Positions 45,281-55,750 are shown, counted from the first letter of the stretch. The stretch is 64,000 nucleotides of DNA from Thermoanaerobaculia bacterium (GCA_963666565.1 OY762911.1:3584001-3648000); one strand, 5' to 3'. Notes: generated by a model from the sequence alone, not told the origin. Numbers and translations: made by a program.

Positions 45281-45355
45281 GCCGACGTAGCTCAGTGGCA
45301 GAGCAGCTGATTCGTAATCAGCAGGTCAGCGGTTCAAATCCGCTCGTCGGCTCCA
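45281..45355 (+). tRNA. tRNA-Thr (anticodon CGT)
   Basis: Acceptor stem GCCGACG/CGTCGGC, anticodon arm GCTGA-TTCGTAA-TCAGC, T loop GTTCAAATC, encoded CCA; TGnTAGACT extended -10 at 45231-45239. Confidence 0.97.
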
Positions 45356-45510
45356 CTTTCCGGTCGATCTCCAAAGCTCCGCGCAGCCCATGAGCCACCC
45401 TCGCGTTCGCCCTCTGCGCGAAACGCTCAAGGGCGACTGTCGCACCCGCGGCCCCCGCCGGGCCCGGCTCCTGTGCGCGTCGGCCGCGACCGTACCCGGC
45501 CGGTCTCCCG

Positions 45511-45539
45511 TTGACACGCCGACCTCGGACGCTTAGGTT
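45511..45539 (+). promoter_or_regulatory. Sigma70-type promoter
   Basis: TTGACA-17 nt-TAGGTT upstream of ATG 45566. Confidence 0.7.
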
Positions 45540-45565
45540 GCCCGCGAACACCGAGGATCTTCAAG

Positions 45566-47689
45566 ATGAGCGAACCGACTGGACGCGCGCCGTGGGCGCC
45601 GACCACCCTCTCCGTCCTTCTCCTGCTGACGGCCGCCTGCGGCGGCGATGGCGCCGGCTCGGACACGGCGCCAACCGCCGGCAACGTCGACGACGAGCGC
45701 ATCATGCGCGCGGCCGAGGACGAGCCCGGAAGCTGGCTGACTTACGGCCAGACCTACAAGGAGCAGCGCTTCTCCACCCTCGACCAGATCACCCGCGAGA
45801 ACGTCGGGAATCTGAAGCTCGCCTGGTCCAAGCCGATCGGCGGCCGCTCCGAGCGGATGCAGGGCACGCCGCTGGTCGTCGACGGGGTCATGTACGCGAC
45901 GAACGGCTGGGGCGTGATCTATGCGCTGGACCCGGCCACCGGAGAGGAGATCTGGACGTACGACCCGCAGACGGACCGCACCTACGTGAAGTACTCCTGC
46001 TGCGGCGGCGTGGCGAACCGCGGCGTTGCGGTCTACAGGGGCAACGTCTACGTCGCCCTGTTCGACGGCCGGCTCGTGGCGGTCGACGCGGCGACCGGCG
46101 AGGAGGTCTGGGACGTCGACACATGGCATCCCTCGGCGCTCGGTCGCTTCAACATCACGGGAGCGCCCCGCGCCGCGGCGGGCAAGGTGTTCATCGGCCA
46201 GGGCAGCTCCGAAAGCGGCAAGCGGCGCGGCTACGTCTCCGCCTACGACGCCGAGACCGGCGAGCTCGCCTGGCGCTTCTACCTCGTACCCGGCGACCCG
46301 TCCCAGCCGTTCGAGCACCCCGAGATGGAGATGGCAGCGAAGACCTGGGGCGGGGAGTGGTGGAAGATGGGTGGCGGCGGCACCGCCTGGAACTCGCTCG
46401 TCTACGACGAGGAGCTGAACCTGCTCTACATCGGCGTCGGCAACGGCGCGCCCTGGTCGCGCCAGGTCCGCTCACCTGGCGGCGGCGACGACCTCTTCCT
46501 GACCGCGATCGTCGCGGTCGACGCCGACACCGCCGAGATGAAGTGGTACTACCAGACGGTTCCGGGCGACAACTGGGACTACAGCTCGGCGATGGACATC
46601 GCCCTCGGCGAAATGACCGTCGACGGTGTCGACCGCAAGGTCCTGCTCCAGGCGCCGAAGAACGGCTTCTTCTACGTGATCGACCGCGAGACCGGAGAAC
46701 TCCTGCGCGCCCACCCCTATACCGACAGGATCGACTGGGCCACCCACGTCGACATGGAGACCGGGCGTCCGATCGAGAACATGGATGTGGTCTTCGAAGA
46801 GAAGCCCCAGTGGATCACGCCCGCGAACGCCGGCGCGCACAACTGGGAGCCCATGTCCTGGGACGAGGACAAGGGCGTCATGTACTTCTACTACCACGAC
46901 TACGCGAACTTCTACGCCCTGCCCGAGGAGTTCGTGGAAACCGGGACCTACACGATCCGGCCGTGGGGACTGAGCCTTGGCGTCGCCAGCGGCGCCTACC
47001 GCGCAAAGCTGGAACAGGACGCCGGCCCACGGCCCGAGGACAGGGGCTTCCTCGTCGCCTTCGACCCGCTTTCCGGCGAGAAAGTCTGGGAGAACCGGCT
47101 GCCCTCGGCCTTCAACGGAGGCGTTCTCGCAACGTCCACCGGCGTGCTGTTCCACTGCGGCGGCGGTGGCGACTTCAACGCCTACGACAAGGACACGGGC
47201 GAAAAGCTCTGGGAGTTCGACGCCTACGGCCAGTTCTCCTCGTCGATCGTCAGCTACATGGAGGGCGGCACGCAGTACGTCGCGACGATGGTCGGCGGCG
47301 GTCGCGGGTACGACCGGCCAGGCGAGCTGCTCGTCTTCTCGCTCGACGGCGAAGCGACCCTGGCCGAGCCGCCCGAACGGGACTTCTCCATCCCGGAACA
47401 GCCGCCCCTCGTCGCCGGCGCCGAGACGATCGACCGCGGCAACACGCTGTACCACGAGCACTGCGCGCTCTGCCACCGCGGCCTCGGCCAGACCTCGATC
47501 GTCGCCTCCGCCTCGCCCGACCTGCGCTTCATGTCGCCCGCGGTCCACGACGACTTTATGGCGATCGTCCAGGACGGCCTGCTGCCGCTCGGCATGCCCG
47601 GCTACGCCGAGCTCTTCGACGAGGAGGCGACGACCGCGATCCACCAGTTCGTCATCTCGAAGGCGCTGGAACTGCGGGACGCCCGGTAG
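45566..47689 (+). CDS. Quinohemoprotein PQQ alcohol dehydrogenase, lipoprotein
   Basis: Lipobox TAAC, SCCGGVANRG, DNWDYSS, QAPKNGFFY, C-terminal CALCH. Confidence 0.94.
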   Translation: MSEPTGRAPWAPTTLSVLLLLTAACGGDGAGSDTAPTAGNVDDERIMRAAEDEPGSWLTYGQTYKEQRFSTLDQITRENVGNLKLAWSKPIGGRSERMQGTPLVVDGVMYATNGWGVIYALDPATGEEIWTYDPQTDRTYVKYSCCGGVANRGVAVYRGNVYVALFDGRLVAVDAATGEEVWDVDTWHPSALGRFNITGAPRAAAGKVFIGQGSSESGKRRGYVSAYDAETGELAWRFYLVPGDPSQPFEHPEMEMAAKTWGGEWWKMGGGGTAWNSLVYDEELNLLYIGVGNGAPWSRQVRSPGGGDDLFLTAIVAVDADTAEMKWYYQTVPGDNWDYSSAMDIALGEMTVDGVDRKVLLQAPKNGFFYVIDRETGELLRAHPYTDRIDWATHVDMETGRPIENMDVVFEEKPQWITPANAGAHNWEPMSWDEDKGVMYFYYHDYANFYALPEEFVETGTYTIRPWGLSLGVASGAYRAKLEQDAGPRPEDRGFLVAFDPLSGEKVWENRLPSAFNGGVLATSTGVLFHCGGGGDFNAYDKDTGEKLWEFDAYGQFSSSIVSYMEGGTQYVATMVGGGRGYDRPGELLVFSLDGEATLAEPPERDFSIPEQPPLVAGAETIDRGNTLYHEHCALCHRGLGQTSIVASASPDLRFMSPAVHDDFMAIVQDGLLPLGMPGYAELFDEEATTAIHQFVISKALELRDAR

Positions 47690-47703
47690 CCCAGTCGGCC
47701 ACC

Positions 47704-47727
47704 GGGTGCGCCGGCGCCCCCGCCGGC
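47704..47727. repeat. REP-like family B unit
   Basis: GGGTGC-GCCGGCG-CCCC-CGCCGGC. Confidence 0.8.
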
Positions 47728-47770
47728 ATCCGGGCGAGCCGCGAAGCGTCGAGCCGTACACTCAGGCCCA

Positions 47771-48703
47771 ATGAACCTCGTCCTCGACTGCGATCCGGGC
47801 CTGGACGACGCCGTCGCGATCCTGGTCGCCGCGCACTACGCCGACCTGATCGGCATCACGACGGTCGCCGGCAACGTCGGGATCAACCGCACGACCCGGA
47901 ACGCGCTCGCGGTCGCGCAGATCGCCGGCCTGGACGTGCCGGTCCATCGCGGCGCCGGGATGCCCCTCGCCGGGGAGGCCGCGGACGGCAGCCGGATTCA
48001 CGGCGAGACCGGTCTGGGCAACGCGGTTCTGCCCGACCTGACCCGGTCCGAAGCCTCGGACGACGCGGTCGGCTACCTCTGCGACATCGCCCGCTCGGTC
48101 GACGACCTGCATCTCCTGGCCATCGGCCCGCTGACGAACGTCGCGCTGGCGCTCGAGCGAGATGCCGACCTCCGCAGCCACCTGGCTGGCCTGACCATCA
48201 TGGGCGGCAGCGCGGGCGCCGGCAACATCACGTCCGTCGCCGAGTTCAACGTCTGGGCCGACCCGGAGGCCGCGGCGGCCGTCTTCGAGAAGGCCGCGCC
48301 CGTGACCATGGTCGGCCTGGACGTGACGAGCACGGTGCTCTTCGGCGGCGAAGAGACCGCGAGGATGCGCACCGCGGGAACGCCGGCGGCCAACCTCGCC
48401 GCCGCTGTCGCCGACTTCCTCCGCGACCGCTTCCGGCAGTACGTCGGACAATCGGTCGTTCCGCTGCACGACGCGACCGCCGTCGTCGCTGTGACGCATC
48501 CTCATCTGTTCGAGCGTTCGCGCCATCCGGTCGCGGTCGAGGTGCAAGGCGAGATCACCCGCGGCATGACCGTCGCCGACCTGCGGCCGCCGGCTCTGAT
48601 CGAAGCGATCGGCCCCGCCGGCGTGCCAGCAAGCGACGTCGTCTGGGACGCCGAGGTCGACGCCGCCAGGGAGCTGATCGTCGAAGCAGTGCTGGCCTCT
48701 TAG
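47771..48703 (+). CDS. Nucleoside hydrolase (IUNH family)
   Basis: DCDPGLDDA, GPLTNVA, AEFNVWADPEAA, LHD. Confidence 0.95.
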   Translation: MNLVLDCDPGLDDAVAILVAAHYADLIGITTVAGNVGINRTTRNALAVAQIAGLDVPVHRGAGMPLAGEAADGSRIHGETGLGNAVLPDLTRSEASDDAVGYLCDIARSVDDLHLLAIGPLTNVALALERDADLRSHLAGLTIMGGSAGAGNITSVAEFNVWADPEAAAAVFEKAAPVTMVGLDVTSTVLFGGEETARMRTAGTPAANLAAAVADFLRDRFRQYVGQSVVPLHDATAVVAVTHPHLFERSRHPVAVEVQGEITRGMTVADLRPPALIEAIGPAGVPASDVVWDAEVDAARELIVEAVLAS

Positions 48704-48756
48704 GAGTGTTCGCAGCGAGTCCGCTGCGCTGTCGCGCATGGAACGGCCCGTCCGCT

Positions 48757-48845
48757 GGGTGCGCGGGTCTTCCGACCCGCTCACGGGCGGGGCCGCGGAG
48801 CGGCGCAGCCCGCACGAAAGAGCCGCCGGCCAGAGACCGGCGACC
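48757..48845. repeat. REP-like family A unit (48757-48780) plus partial element body
   Basis: Exact 24-mer; the downstream body is the reverse complement of 9091-9155. Confidence 0.88.
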
Positions 48846-48904
48846 GCACCACCCGAGGCCGGCTCCGCTCTGACAGAGCTCCAACAGGCTTGGCGGCGCT
48901 GACG

Positions 48905-50335
48905 CTAACGGTCGGCCAGACGCTCCGCCCGCTGGTCCATGTCGTTCTGGTGCAGCACCAGGTGATCCACCGAACCGTCCTTGCCGCGCCCGAACGTGAT
49001 CTGCGCGTCCACAACGCGGTAGAAGTACTTCGTCCCGGATTCGGGAAACACCTCGAAGCGCGGCTGCCCGGTGAGCTGGACGAACAGCCGGTCGCCCTCG
49101 CGGGTCACCGTGAAGACGACGTTCTCGGCGAGCTGATAGCGGCCGACGTAGTCGTCGTAGACCGCCGGATCAACCTCGACAGCCGTCCGGAGCGCCGGAG
49201 GCACGACCAGCCGATAACGCGAGTCCAGCAGGTGGAACCCCAGGTCGTCCACACTGTCGCCGGAGTTCGACAGCACGACGACGCCGGTCCGCGATTCGAG
49301 GTCGAAGCCGAGAAAGGAGCGGTAACCGCCGGTGCCGCCGTTGTGCCAGTGGAGTTCCCGGCCATGACCGCTGCGGATGACCCACCCGAGTCCGATTCGC
49401 ATGCCAGGCGCCCCGAAGTCGCGCCGCGGCTCGTGAGCCGCCGCCATCGCCTTCCGCACCCGCGAGTCGGACACGTCGTCGCCCACGGCCTCCGCCGGCT
49501 GCCGGTCCGCCGCGAGATTCGCTTCCACGAAAGTCAGCATTTCGTTGACCGTGGACCGCAGCGCCCCCGCGCCCGCGAGGGTCGGCAGATCCCAGTTCGC
49601 GACCGGCCTGAGCTGAACGCTGTGGCCGATCGCCAGCCGTTCCCGCTGCGACGGCGACAGGACGATCGAGGTGTCCGACATCCCGAGCGGCTCGAGTAGC
49701 CGCTCGGACACCAGGCTCTCGTAGTCCGTCTCCTGGCTCAGAGCCAGAGCGTGGCCCAGAAGACCGGTGCCGAGATTCGAGTATTCGACCTCCGCTCCAA
49801 TGTCCCGCTCCAGCTCGTGAGATGCGAGGAACTCGTAGAGCTGAGCGACCGTGTAGTCGGCGTAGGGATTCCCCGCATCGGCCGGCCGAAAGTTGTTCGG
49901 CATGCGCGGCAGACCAGAGCTGTGCGTCGTCAGGTGCAGCAACGTGATCTCCGCGCCGTTCCGCGTCGGCACGGCGACGTCCGGCCCGAGCAGACGCTGC
50001 ACCGGCGTCTCGAGATCGAGGGCGCCCTCACCCGCCAGGTCCGCCAGCAAGATCGCCGTGAACACCTTGGTGATCGAACCGATCTCGAACACCGTGTCGC
50101 CGTCCACTTCGGTCGGGTCGTCAGTCGCAAGCTGACCATGGGCGACCACCCGCCGGCCTCCTGGTTCGACAACACCGACCACGATGCCGACGCTCCGTTT
50201 CTGCTCGTCGATCCGGTTCACCAGGATCTGGCGAATCTCGTCGTCGTCTGGGATCGCGGCTCCCTCCTGAACCGCGAAGCAGACCGCGGACACCGTAAGG
50301 AGTCCGAAGAAGAAGGCGTTGAATCGTCTGGTCAT
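48905..50335 (-). CDS. Serine hydrolase (beta-lactamase class C/AmpH-like) with C-terminal DUF3471-like domain
   Basis: Signal peptide, GSITK (SxxK), LTTHSSG, YSN, HNGGTGG; C-terminal YVGRY...ITF domain. Confidence 0.92.
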   Translation of the reverse strand: MTRRFNAFFFGLLTVSAVCFAVQEGAAIPDDDEIRQILVNRIDEQKRSVGIVVGVVEPGGRRVVAHGQLATDDPTEVDGDTVFEIGSITKVFTAILLADLAGEGALDLETPVQRLLGPDVAVPTRNGAEITLLHLTTHSSGLPRMPNNFRPADAGNPYADYTVAQLYEFLASHELERDIGAEVEYSNLGTGLLGHALALSQETDYESLVSERLLEPLGMSDTSIVLSPSQRERLAIGHSVQLRPVANWDLPTLAGAGALRSTVNEMLTFVEANLAADRQPAEAVGDDVSDSRVRKAMAAAHEPRRDFGAPGMRIGLGWVIRSGHGRELHWHNGGTGGYRSFLGFDLESRTGVVVLSNSGDSVDDLGFHLLDSRYRLVVPPALRTAVEVDPAVYDDYVGRYQLAENVVFTVTREGDRLFVQLTGQPRFEVFPESGTKYFYRVVDAQITFGRGKDGSVDHLVLHQNDMDQRAERLADR

Positions 50336-50435
50336 CCGGAAACCTCCCCTGTCTGGTGGCGCGGAGTGGAACTCGCCAGCCCGGCCATACTGCTATACGC
50401 ACGCCGCGGAGCTTTGATCCGTATCATCTGATCCC

Positions 50436-51065
50436 ATGTGCGGCCGCTACACGCTCCGCTCGAAGGCTCGATCGGTAGCCGCCCACTTCGAGCTGAACGA
50501 ACTGCCGGACCTCGAACCCACATACAACATCGCGCCGACCCAGGACGTGGCTGTGGTCGCACTGAACCGCGAAGGCCGACGCACGCTCGGCACCATGCGC
50601 TGGGGCTTCCCGAGAAAACGCGGTGGACCCCAGATCAACCTCCGGGACGACACCGCGGTGGAAGCGTCCAGGTTCCGGAACCTCCTCAGCCGCCGCCGTT
50701 GCCTCGTCATCGCCGACGGCTGGTACGAGTGGCAAGTGCAGCCGGAAGGCTCCAGGCTGCCTCACTACATCCGTCTGCCGGGCGGCGGTCCCTCCGGTTT
50801 CGCCGGCGTCTGGAACCGGACACCCGACGGTCTGGCCTGCACGATCATGACCTGCCCCGCCAGCGAGCCGATCGCCCCGATCCACAACCGGATGCCTGTC
50901 ATCGCCCAACCGCCGTACGAGCAGTGGCTGGACGGCCCGCTGCAGGATCCCGATACCCTGGGAGACCAGCTTGAGACCTACACCGGCGAACTCGAGTTCT
51001 TCCCCGTCTCGACGCGAGTCGGCAGCTACAAGAACGACGACGCGTCGCTGATCGAGCCCATCTGA
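50436..51065 (+). CDS. SOS response-associated peptidase (SRAP/HMCES abasic-site crosslinking protein)
   Basis: MCGRY (catalytic Cys2), YNIAPTQ, ADGWYEW, IHNRMP. Confidence 0.93.
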   Translation: MCGRYTLRSKARSVAAHFELNELPDLEPTYNIAPTQDVAVVALNREGRRTLGTMRWGFPRKRGGPQINLRDDTAVEASRFRNLLSRRRCLVIADGWYEWQVQPEGSRLPHYIRLPGGGPSGFAGVWNRTPDGLACTIMTCPASEPIAPIHNRMPVIAQPPYEQWLDGPLQDPDTLGDQLETYTGELEFFPVSTRVGSYKNDDASLIEPI

Positions 51066-51093
51066 CCAACGAGAACGCCCGCGCCCAAGACCC

Positions 51094-54000
51094 TCAACCG
51101 GCTGCGTTCCCGCCCGCTCTTTGCAGTCCGATCGACCGCCAGACGAAGTACATCGCCGGGAAGACGAACAGCACCCCGAGAAACACCGTCACCAGTCCAC
51201 CGACCATGGGCGCCGCGATCCGCTTCATCACGTCGGCGCCGGTGCCGGTCGACCACAGGATGGGCACCAGGGCGACGAAGGTCGTCAGCACGGTCATTGT
51301 GATCGGTCGCACCCGCCGGACGGCGGCCTCGGTCACGGCTTCCCGGAGGTCGCGCAGGGTGTTCATCGTCCCCGAGCTCCTCCGTTCGCCGTAGACGAGA
51401 TCGAGATAGAGCAGCATCACGGACCCGGTCTCCGCCGCGAGTCCCGCGAGCGCGATCATCCCGACCCATACCGCCACCGACCAGTTGTAGTTGAGCTGGT
51501 CGAGCAGCCAGACCGAACCGACGAGCGAGAACGGCACCGCCGAAACGATGAACGCGGTCTTGATCACCGAGCGAGTGCTCAGATAGAGGAGCGCGAAGGT
51601 CAGAACGAGGGTGAGCGGAACGATGAGCAGGAAACGGTCGCGCGCCCGCTCCATGTACTCGTACTGCCCCGACCACAGCAGCGTGTAGCCCGGAGGCAGC
51701 GCCACCTTCTCGGCGACCTCCTCGCGGGCGCGGCGGATCCAGCCGCCGATGTCGCTGCTTTCCAGGTCGACGTGGACCCAGGCGTTCGGCCTGGCGCCCT
51801 CCGACTTGATTCCCGGCGGTCCGTCCCGGAACTCGATCGCCGCCACCTGGGCCAGCGGCACCTGGACGCCGCCCGGCGCGGTCACGAGGACCTGCTCCAG
51901 GGCCTCCGGATCGTCCCGCAGTTCCCGCGGATAGCGCAGGTTGATCGGGTAGCGCTCCAGACCCTCCACGGTCCAGGAGACGTTCATGCCACCGACCGCC
52001 GACTGAATCGTGTCCTGGATGTCGGCGATCCGCAGGCCGAAGCGCGCGGCCGCCTCCCGGTCGATGTCGAAGTCGAGGTAGGCGCCGCCCATCACCCGTT
52101 CGGCGTAGGCCGTGAGCGTGCCCGGAAGCGGTTTCACCACCGCCTCGACCTGTTCCGCGAGCTGCTCCAGCATCTGCAGGTCCGGGCCGCCGAGCTTGAT
52201 CCCCACCGGGGTCTTGATCCCGGTGGACAGCATGTCGATCCGGGTCTTGATCGGCATCGTCCAGGAGTTGGTGACGCCGGGGAACTGGAGCGCCCGGTCG
52301 AGTTCGGCGATCAGATCGTCCGGGGTCAGGCCGGGACGCCACTCGTCCTGGTCCTTCAGCACGATCGTCGTCTCCAGCATCGAGAGCGGCGCCGGATCGG
52401 TCGCCGTCTCCGCCCGGCCCACCTTGCCGAACACGGTCTCCACCTCCGGGAAGCTGCGGATGATCCGGTCCGTCTGCTGGACGATCTCCCTGGCCTTCCC
52501 GATCGACACGCCGGGCAGGGTCGTCGGCATGTAGAGCAGGTCGCCCTCCCACAGGGGCGGCATGAACTCGGACCCGATCCGCTTGAGCGGTACGAGGCTC
52601 GAACCCAGCACGGCGAGCATCAGGACGACGACCAGCCAGCGCAGCCGCACGGCGCCCGCGACCAGCGGCCGGTAGACGAAGCGCAGGAGCCGGGACAGCG
52701 GATTGCGATGCTCCGGGACGATTCGCCCGCGCACGAACCAGAACATGAGCACCGGCACCACGGTCACCGCGACCACCGAGGCCATCGCCATCGAGTAGGT
52801 CTTGGTCAGGGCGAGCGGCTTGAACAGCCGGCCTTCCTGGGCCTCGAGCGTAAACACGGGCAGGAAGGACATGGTGACGACCAGCAACGAAAAGAAGAGG
52901 GTCGGCCCGACCTCCTGGGCCGCGCGCAGCACGAGGTCGAAGCGGGACCGCTTGCCTCCCGCCTCGACGTCCTCCTCGATGTGACGATGCACGTTCTCGA
53001 CCATGACGATGGAAGCGTCGACCAGCACACCGATCGAGATCGCTATGCCGCCCAGCGACATGATGTTCATACCGAGTCCCTGGGCTCTCATGACGACGAA
53101 GGCCAGCAGCACGGAGATGGGAATCGGCAGGATCGCCACCAGCGCGGACCGGAAGTGAAACAGGAAGAGAAGGCACACGACGGCCACGACGATCGACTCC
53201 ACGATCAGCGTGTCCGTCAACGTCGCGATGGATCGCTCGATCAGGCCGCTGCGGTCGTACGCGACCGAGATCTCCACGTCGTCCGGCATGCCGCCGGCGA
53301 GCTCGTCCAGGCGTTCCTTCACCCGTTCGATCGTGGCCCGGGTGTCGGCGCCCGAGCGGACGACGACGATGCCGCCGACCGTCTCGCCCTCGCCGTTCCA
53401 GTCGGCCAGGCCCCGGCGAATCTCCGGCCCGATCGTGACATGCGCGACGTCCCGAAGCAGTACCGGTACCCCGCCCGGGCCGGATGCGAGGACGATCGTC
53501 TCCAGGTCCCGCAACTCCTGGATGTAGCCACGCCCGCGGACCATGTACTCCCGTTCCGCCATCTCGATCAGCCGGCCGCCCACGTCGGCGTTCGACTGCT
53601 CGATCGCCTGCCGGACGACGGGCAGCGAAAGGCCGTAGGCGCGCAGCCGGACCGGGTCCACCTCGACCTGGTACTGGCGCACGAAGCCGCCGATCGAGGC
53701 GACCTCCGAGACGCCCTCGACGGTCAGCAGGCCGTACTTCAGGTACCAGTCCTGGAGCGAGCGCAGCTCCGCCAGGGACCGCGAATCCGAGTTCAGCACG
53801 TACATGAAGGCCCAGCCGACGCCGGTCGCGTCCGGCCCGAGCTGCGGCGAGACGCCCGGCGGCAGCCTGCCCTCGAGCCCCGCCACGGACTCGAGCACCC
53901 GGGAACGCGCCCAGTAGAGATCCGTGCCGTCCTCGAAGATGACGTAGACGAAGGAGAAGCCGAAGAAGGAGTAGCCTCGGACCACCTTGGCGTAGGGCAC

Positions 54001-54225
54001 CGAGAGCATCGTCGAGGTGATCGGGTAGGTCACCTGGTCCTCGACCACCTGCGGCGCCTGCCCGGAGAACTCGGTGAACAGGATGACCTGCACGTCCGAG
54101 AGGTCCGGTATCGCGTCGATGCGGGTCGTCCGCACGGACCAGACCCCGGCCGCCACCGCCACGATCAGGCCCCCGGCAACCAGCAACTGGTTGCGCAGCG
54201 ACCATTCGATGATCCGGTTCAGCAT
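51094..54225 (-). CDS. cusA: Heavy-metal efflux RND permease (Cu+/Ag+ type)
   Basis: DAIPDLSDVQVI, GPDATGVGW, EGDLLYMPTTLPG, DPAPLSMLET, RIDMLSTG, which include the CusA-type Met triad. Confidence 0.95.
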   Translation of the reverse strand: MLNRIIEWSLRNQLLVAGGLIVAVAAGVWSVRTTRIDAIPDLSDVQVILFTEFSGQAPQVVEDQVTYPITSTMLSVPYAKVVRGYSFFGFSFVYVIFEDGTDLYWARSRVLESVAGLEGRLPPGVSPQLGPDATGVGWAFMYVLNSDSRSLAELRSLQDWYLKYGLLTVEGVSEVASIGGFVRQYQVEVDPVRLRAYGLSLPVVRQAIEQSNADVGGRLIEMAEREYMVRGRGYIQELRDLETIVLASGPGGVPVLLRDVAHVTIGPEIRRGLADWNGEGETVGGIVVVRSGADTRATIERVKERLDELAGGMPDDVEISVAYDRSGLIERSIATLTDTLIVESIVVAVVCLLFLFHFRSALVAILPIPISVLLAFVVMRAQGLGMNIMSLGGIAISIGVLVDASIVMVENVHRHIEEDVEAGGKRSRFDLVLRAAQEVGPTLFFSLLVVTMSFLPVFTLEAQEGRLFKPLALTKTYSMAMASVVAVTVVPVLMFWFVRGRIVPEHRNPLSRLLRFVYRPLVAGAVRLRWLVVVLMLAVLGSSLVPLKRIGSEFMPPLWEGDLLYMPTTLPGVSIGKAREIVQQTDRIIRSFPEVETVFGKVGRAETATDPAPLSMLETTIVLKDQDEWRPGLTPDDLIAELDRALQFPGVTNSWTMPIKTRIDMLSTGIKTPVGIKLGGPDLQMLEQLAEQVEAVVKPLPGTLTAYAERVMGGAYLDFDIDREAAARFGLRIADIQDTIQSAVGGMNVSWTVEGLERYPINLRYPRELRDDPEALEQVLVTAPGGVQVPLAQVAAIEFRDGPPGIKSEGARPNAWVHVDLESSDIGGWIRRAREEVAEKVALPPGYTLLWSGQYEYMERARDRFLLIVPLTLVLTFALLYLSTRSVIKTAFIVSAVPFSLVGSVWLLDQLNYNWSVAVWVGMIALAGLAAETGSVMLLYLDLVYGERRSSGTMNTLRDLREAVTEAAVRRVRPITMTVLTTFVALVPILWSTGTGADVMKRIAAPMVGGLVTVFLGVLFVFPAMYFVWRSIGLQRAGGNAAG

Positions 54226-54229
54226 CGGA

Positions 54230-55750
54230 TCAGCGCCCGTGGTTGCCGTGGGCTTCGTGCGGATCCACGGTTTCCTCAGCCTCGGAGGCCGAGTGGCCCT
54301 CGTGGTCCATGTCGTGACCCTCGTGGCCCATGTCGTGGCCCTCGTGGCTCATCTCGTGGCCTTCGTGCCCCTGGGCTGCGCCCTCCGGCGCCGAGGCCGC
54401 ATCCAGCATCTGTCGGACCGCCGCCCGCAGCCTGGACTCCGAGTCGAGCAGGAACTGGGACGACGTGACGACATCCTCGCCCGCCGCGACGCCCGAGCGG
54501 ACCTCGGCCAGACCGCCGGCAGTCTGGCCCAGCTCCACCTCGCGCGGCTCGAAGCGGCCGCCGCCCATAGCCACGATGACAACGCTCCTCCGTCCCGTCC
54601 GCAAGACGGACTCGGTAGGAATGGTAAGGGCTCCCGGAACGAGGACCGGATCGAAGACGACGGTGGCGAACATCCCCTTGCGCAGCCGGCCGTCCGGATT
54701 CGGCACCGCGATCTTCACCGTCAGCGTGCGGGTGCGCTCAGACAGTTCCGGCTCGATGAACTCGACCGTGCCGCGGATCGTCTCGCCCGGGAAGTAGGTG
54801 AACGTCACCTCCGCCTCGGCGCCCGGGCGAATCCAGACCACCTGATCCTCGAACACCTCGACTGAAAGCCACAATGAGGTGATGTCGGCGATGTGGTACG
54901 CCTCCATTCCGGGCGTCACCGCCATTCCCTCCAGGCCCGGCATCCGCTTCATGACCAGGCCGCCGGCCGGCGCGGTAACCGTCAGGGTGCGGAAGATCTC
55001 GCCCGTCTCCTCGAGCCGCGCGATCTGCTCCGGAGAGATGTCCCAGAACGCGAGCCGGGCTCGTGCCGCGTCGACCAGGGCCTCCGCCCGCAGCCGGGCA
55101 TCGTCCGGCGCGTCCTTGAACCGGCCCGCGTAGCGGATCGCCGAGAGGAGTTCCTGCTCCGTCTGGACCAGTTCGGGCGAGTAGACCTCGAACAGGCCCG
55201 CGCCCTCGGCCACCGGCTCGCCCACATGATTCACATGGACTTTCTCCACCCAGCCGTCGTACTTCGTCGTCACGGTGACCATCCGCTCCTGGTCGTACTC
55301 CAGGTAGCCGACGGTCCGGATCTCGTGGCGCAGGTCGCGCCGGGTGGCCGTTTCCGTACGGACGTTCATGTTCTGGACCACGGCCGGGTCGATCAAGACC
55401 GTCGTGCCGGCGCCGAACGCCCGCTCCGCCTCGTCGGCGTAGACCGGCACGTAGTCCATCCCCATCTCGTCCTTGGCCGGCACGGGCGACGTGATCGTCG
55501 GGTCCATCGGGTTCCGGTAGAAGAGGACTTCCCGTTCGCCAGCCACGACGTCAGCCTCACCGTCCCCAGCGGCAGCCGTCATCGGCCCCGCGTGGTAGCC
55601 GACAGTGCGTTGCAGCCAGGAATCGACCGGATGCAGACCCAGGGGATCGAAGAACAGGAGGAAGAAAAAGGCGAAGCTCCCGACCACCCAGGCCACACCG
55701 CGCAACCAGGTCCCAAGCGGCCCGCCGAATCCGTTCGCGTCGTTCGTCAT
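54230..55750 (-). CDS. cusB: RND periplasmic adaptor with Met-rich heavy-metal-binding domain and His-rich tail
   Basis: YRNPMDP..KDEMGMDYVP, YSPEL, FLLDSES, (HEGHxM) repeats. Confidence 0.92.
   Translation of the reverse strand: MTNDANGFGGPLGTWLRGVAWVVGSFAFFFLLFFDPLGLHPVDSWLQRTVGYHAGPMTAAAGDGEADVVAGEREVLFYRNPMDPTITSPVPAKDEMGMDYVPVYADEAERAFGAGTTVLIDPAVVQNMNVRTETATRRDLRHEIRTVGYLEYDQERMVTVTTKYDGWVEKVHVNHVGEPVAEGAGLFEVYSPELVQTEQELLSAIRYAGRFKDAPDDARLRAEALVDAARARLAFWDISPEQIARLEETGEIFRTLTVTAPAGGLVMKRMPGLEGMAVTPGMEAYHIADITSLWLSVEVFEDQVVWIRPGAEAEVTFTYFPGETIRGTVEFIEPELSERTRTLTVKIAVPNPDGRLRKGMFATVVFDPVLVPGALTIPTESVLRTGRRSVVIVAMGGGRFEPREVELGQTAGGLAEVRSGVAAGEDVVTSSQFLLDSESRLRAAVRQMLDAASAPEGAAQGHEGHEMSHEGHDMGHEGHDMDHEGHSASEAEETVDPHEAHGNHGR

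Noticed and set aside
45281-45355. tRNA-Thr as the integration site of an island
   Set aside because: I noticed no integrase and no duplicate of the tRNA 3' end in the window
18410-47689. Lanthanide dependence of the two quinohemoprotein ADHs
   Set aside because: The active-site motifs read WDYT and WDYS and lack the extra Asp (D-x-D) of Ln-dependent enzymes. WDYD in the 16329 gene is the ordinary pattern of the glucose-dehydrogenase-like family and is not diagnostic.
48905-50335. True antibiotic-resistance beta-lactamase
   Set aside because: The architecture with a DUF3471-like tail fits the broad serine hydrolase/peptidase family; motifs alone do not support a resistance function
50380-50435. 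LexA box upstream of SRAP
   Set aside because: No convincing CTGT-N8-ACAG, GAAC-N4-GTTC or GTTC-N7-GTTC; only a short TGATCC direct repeat
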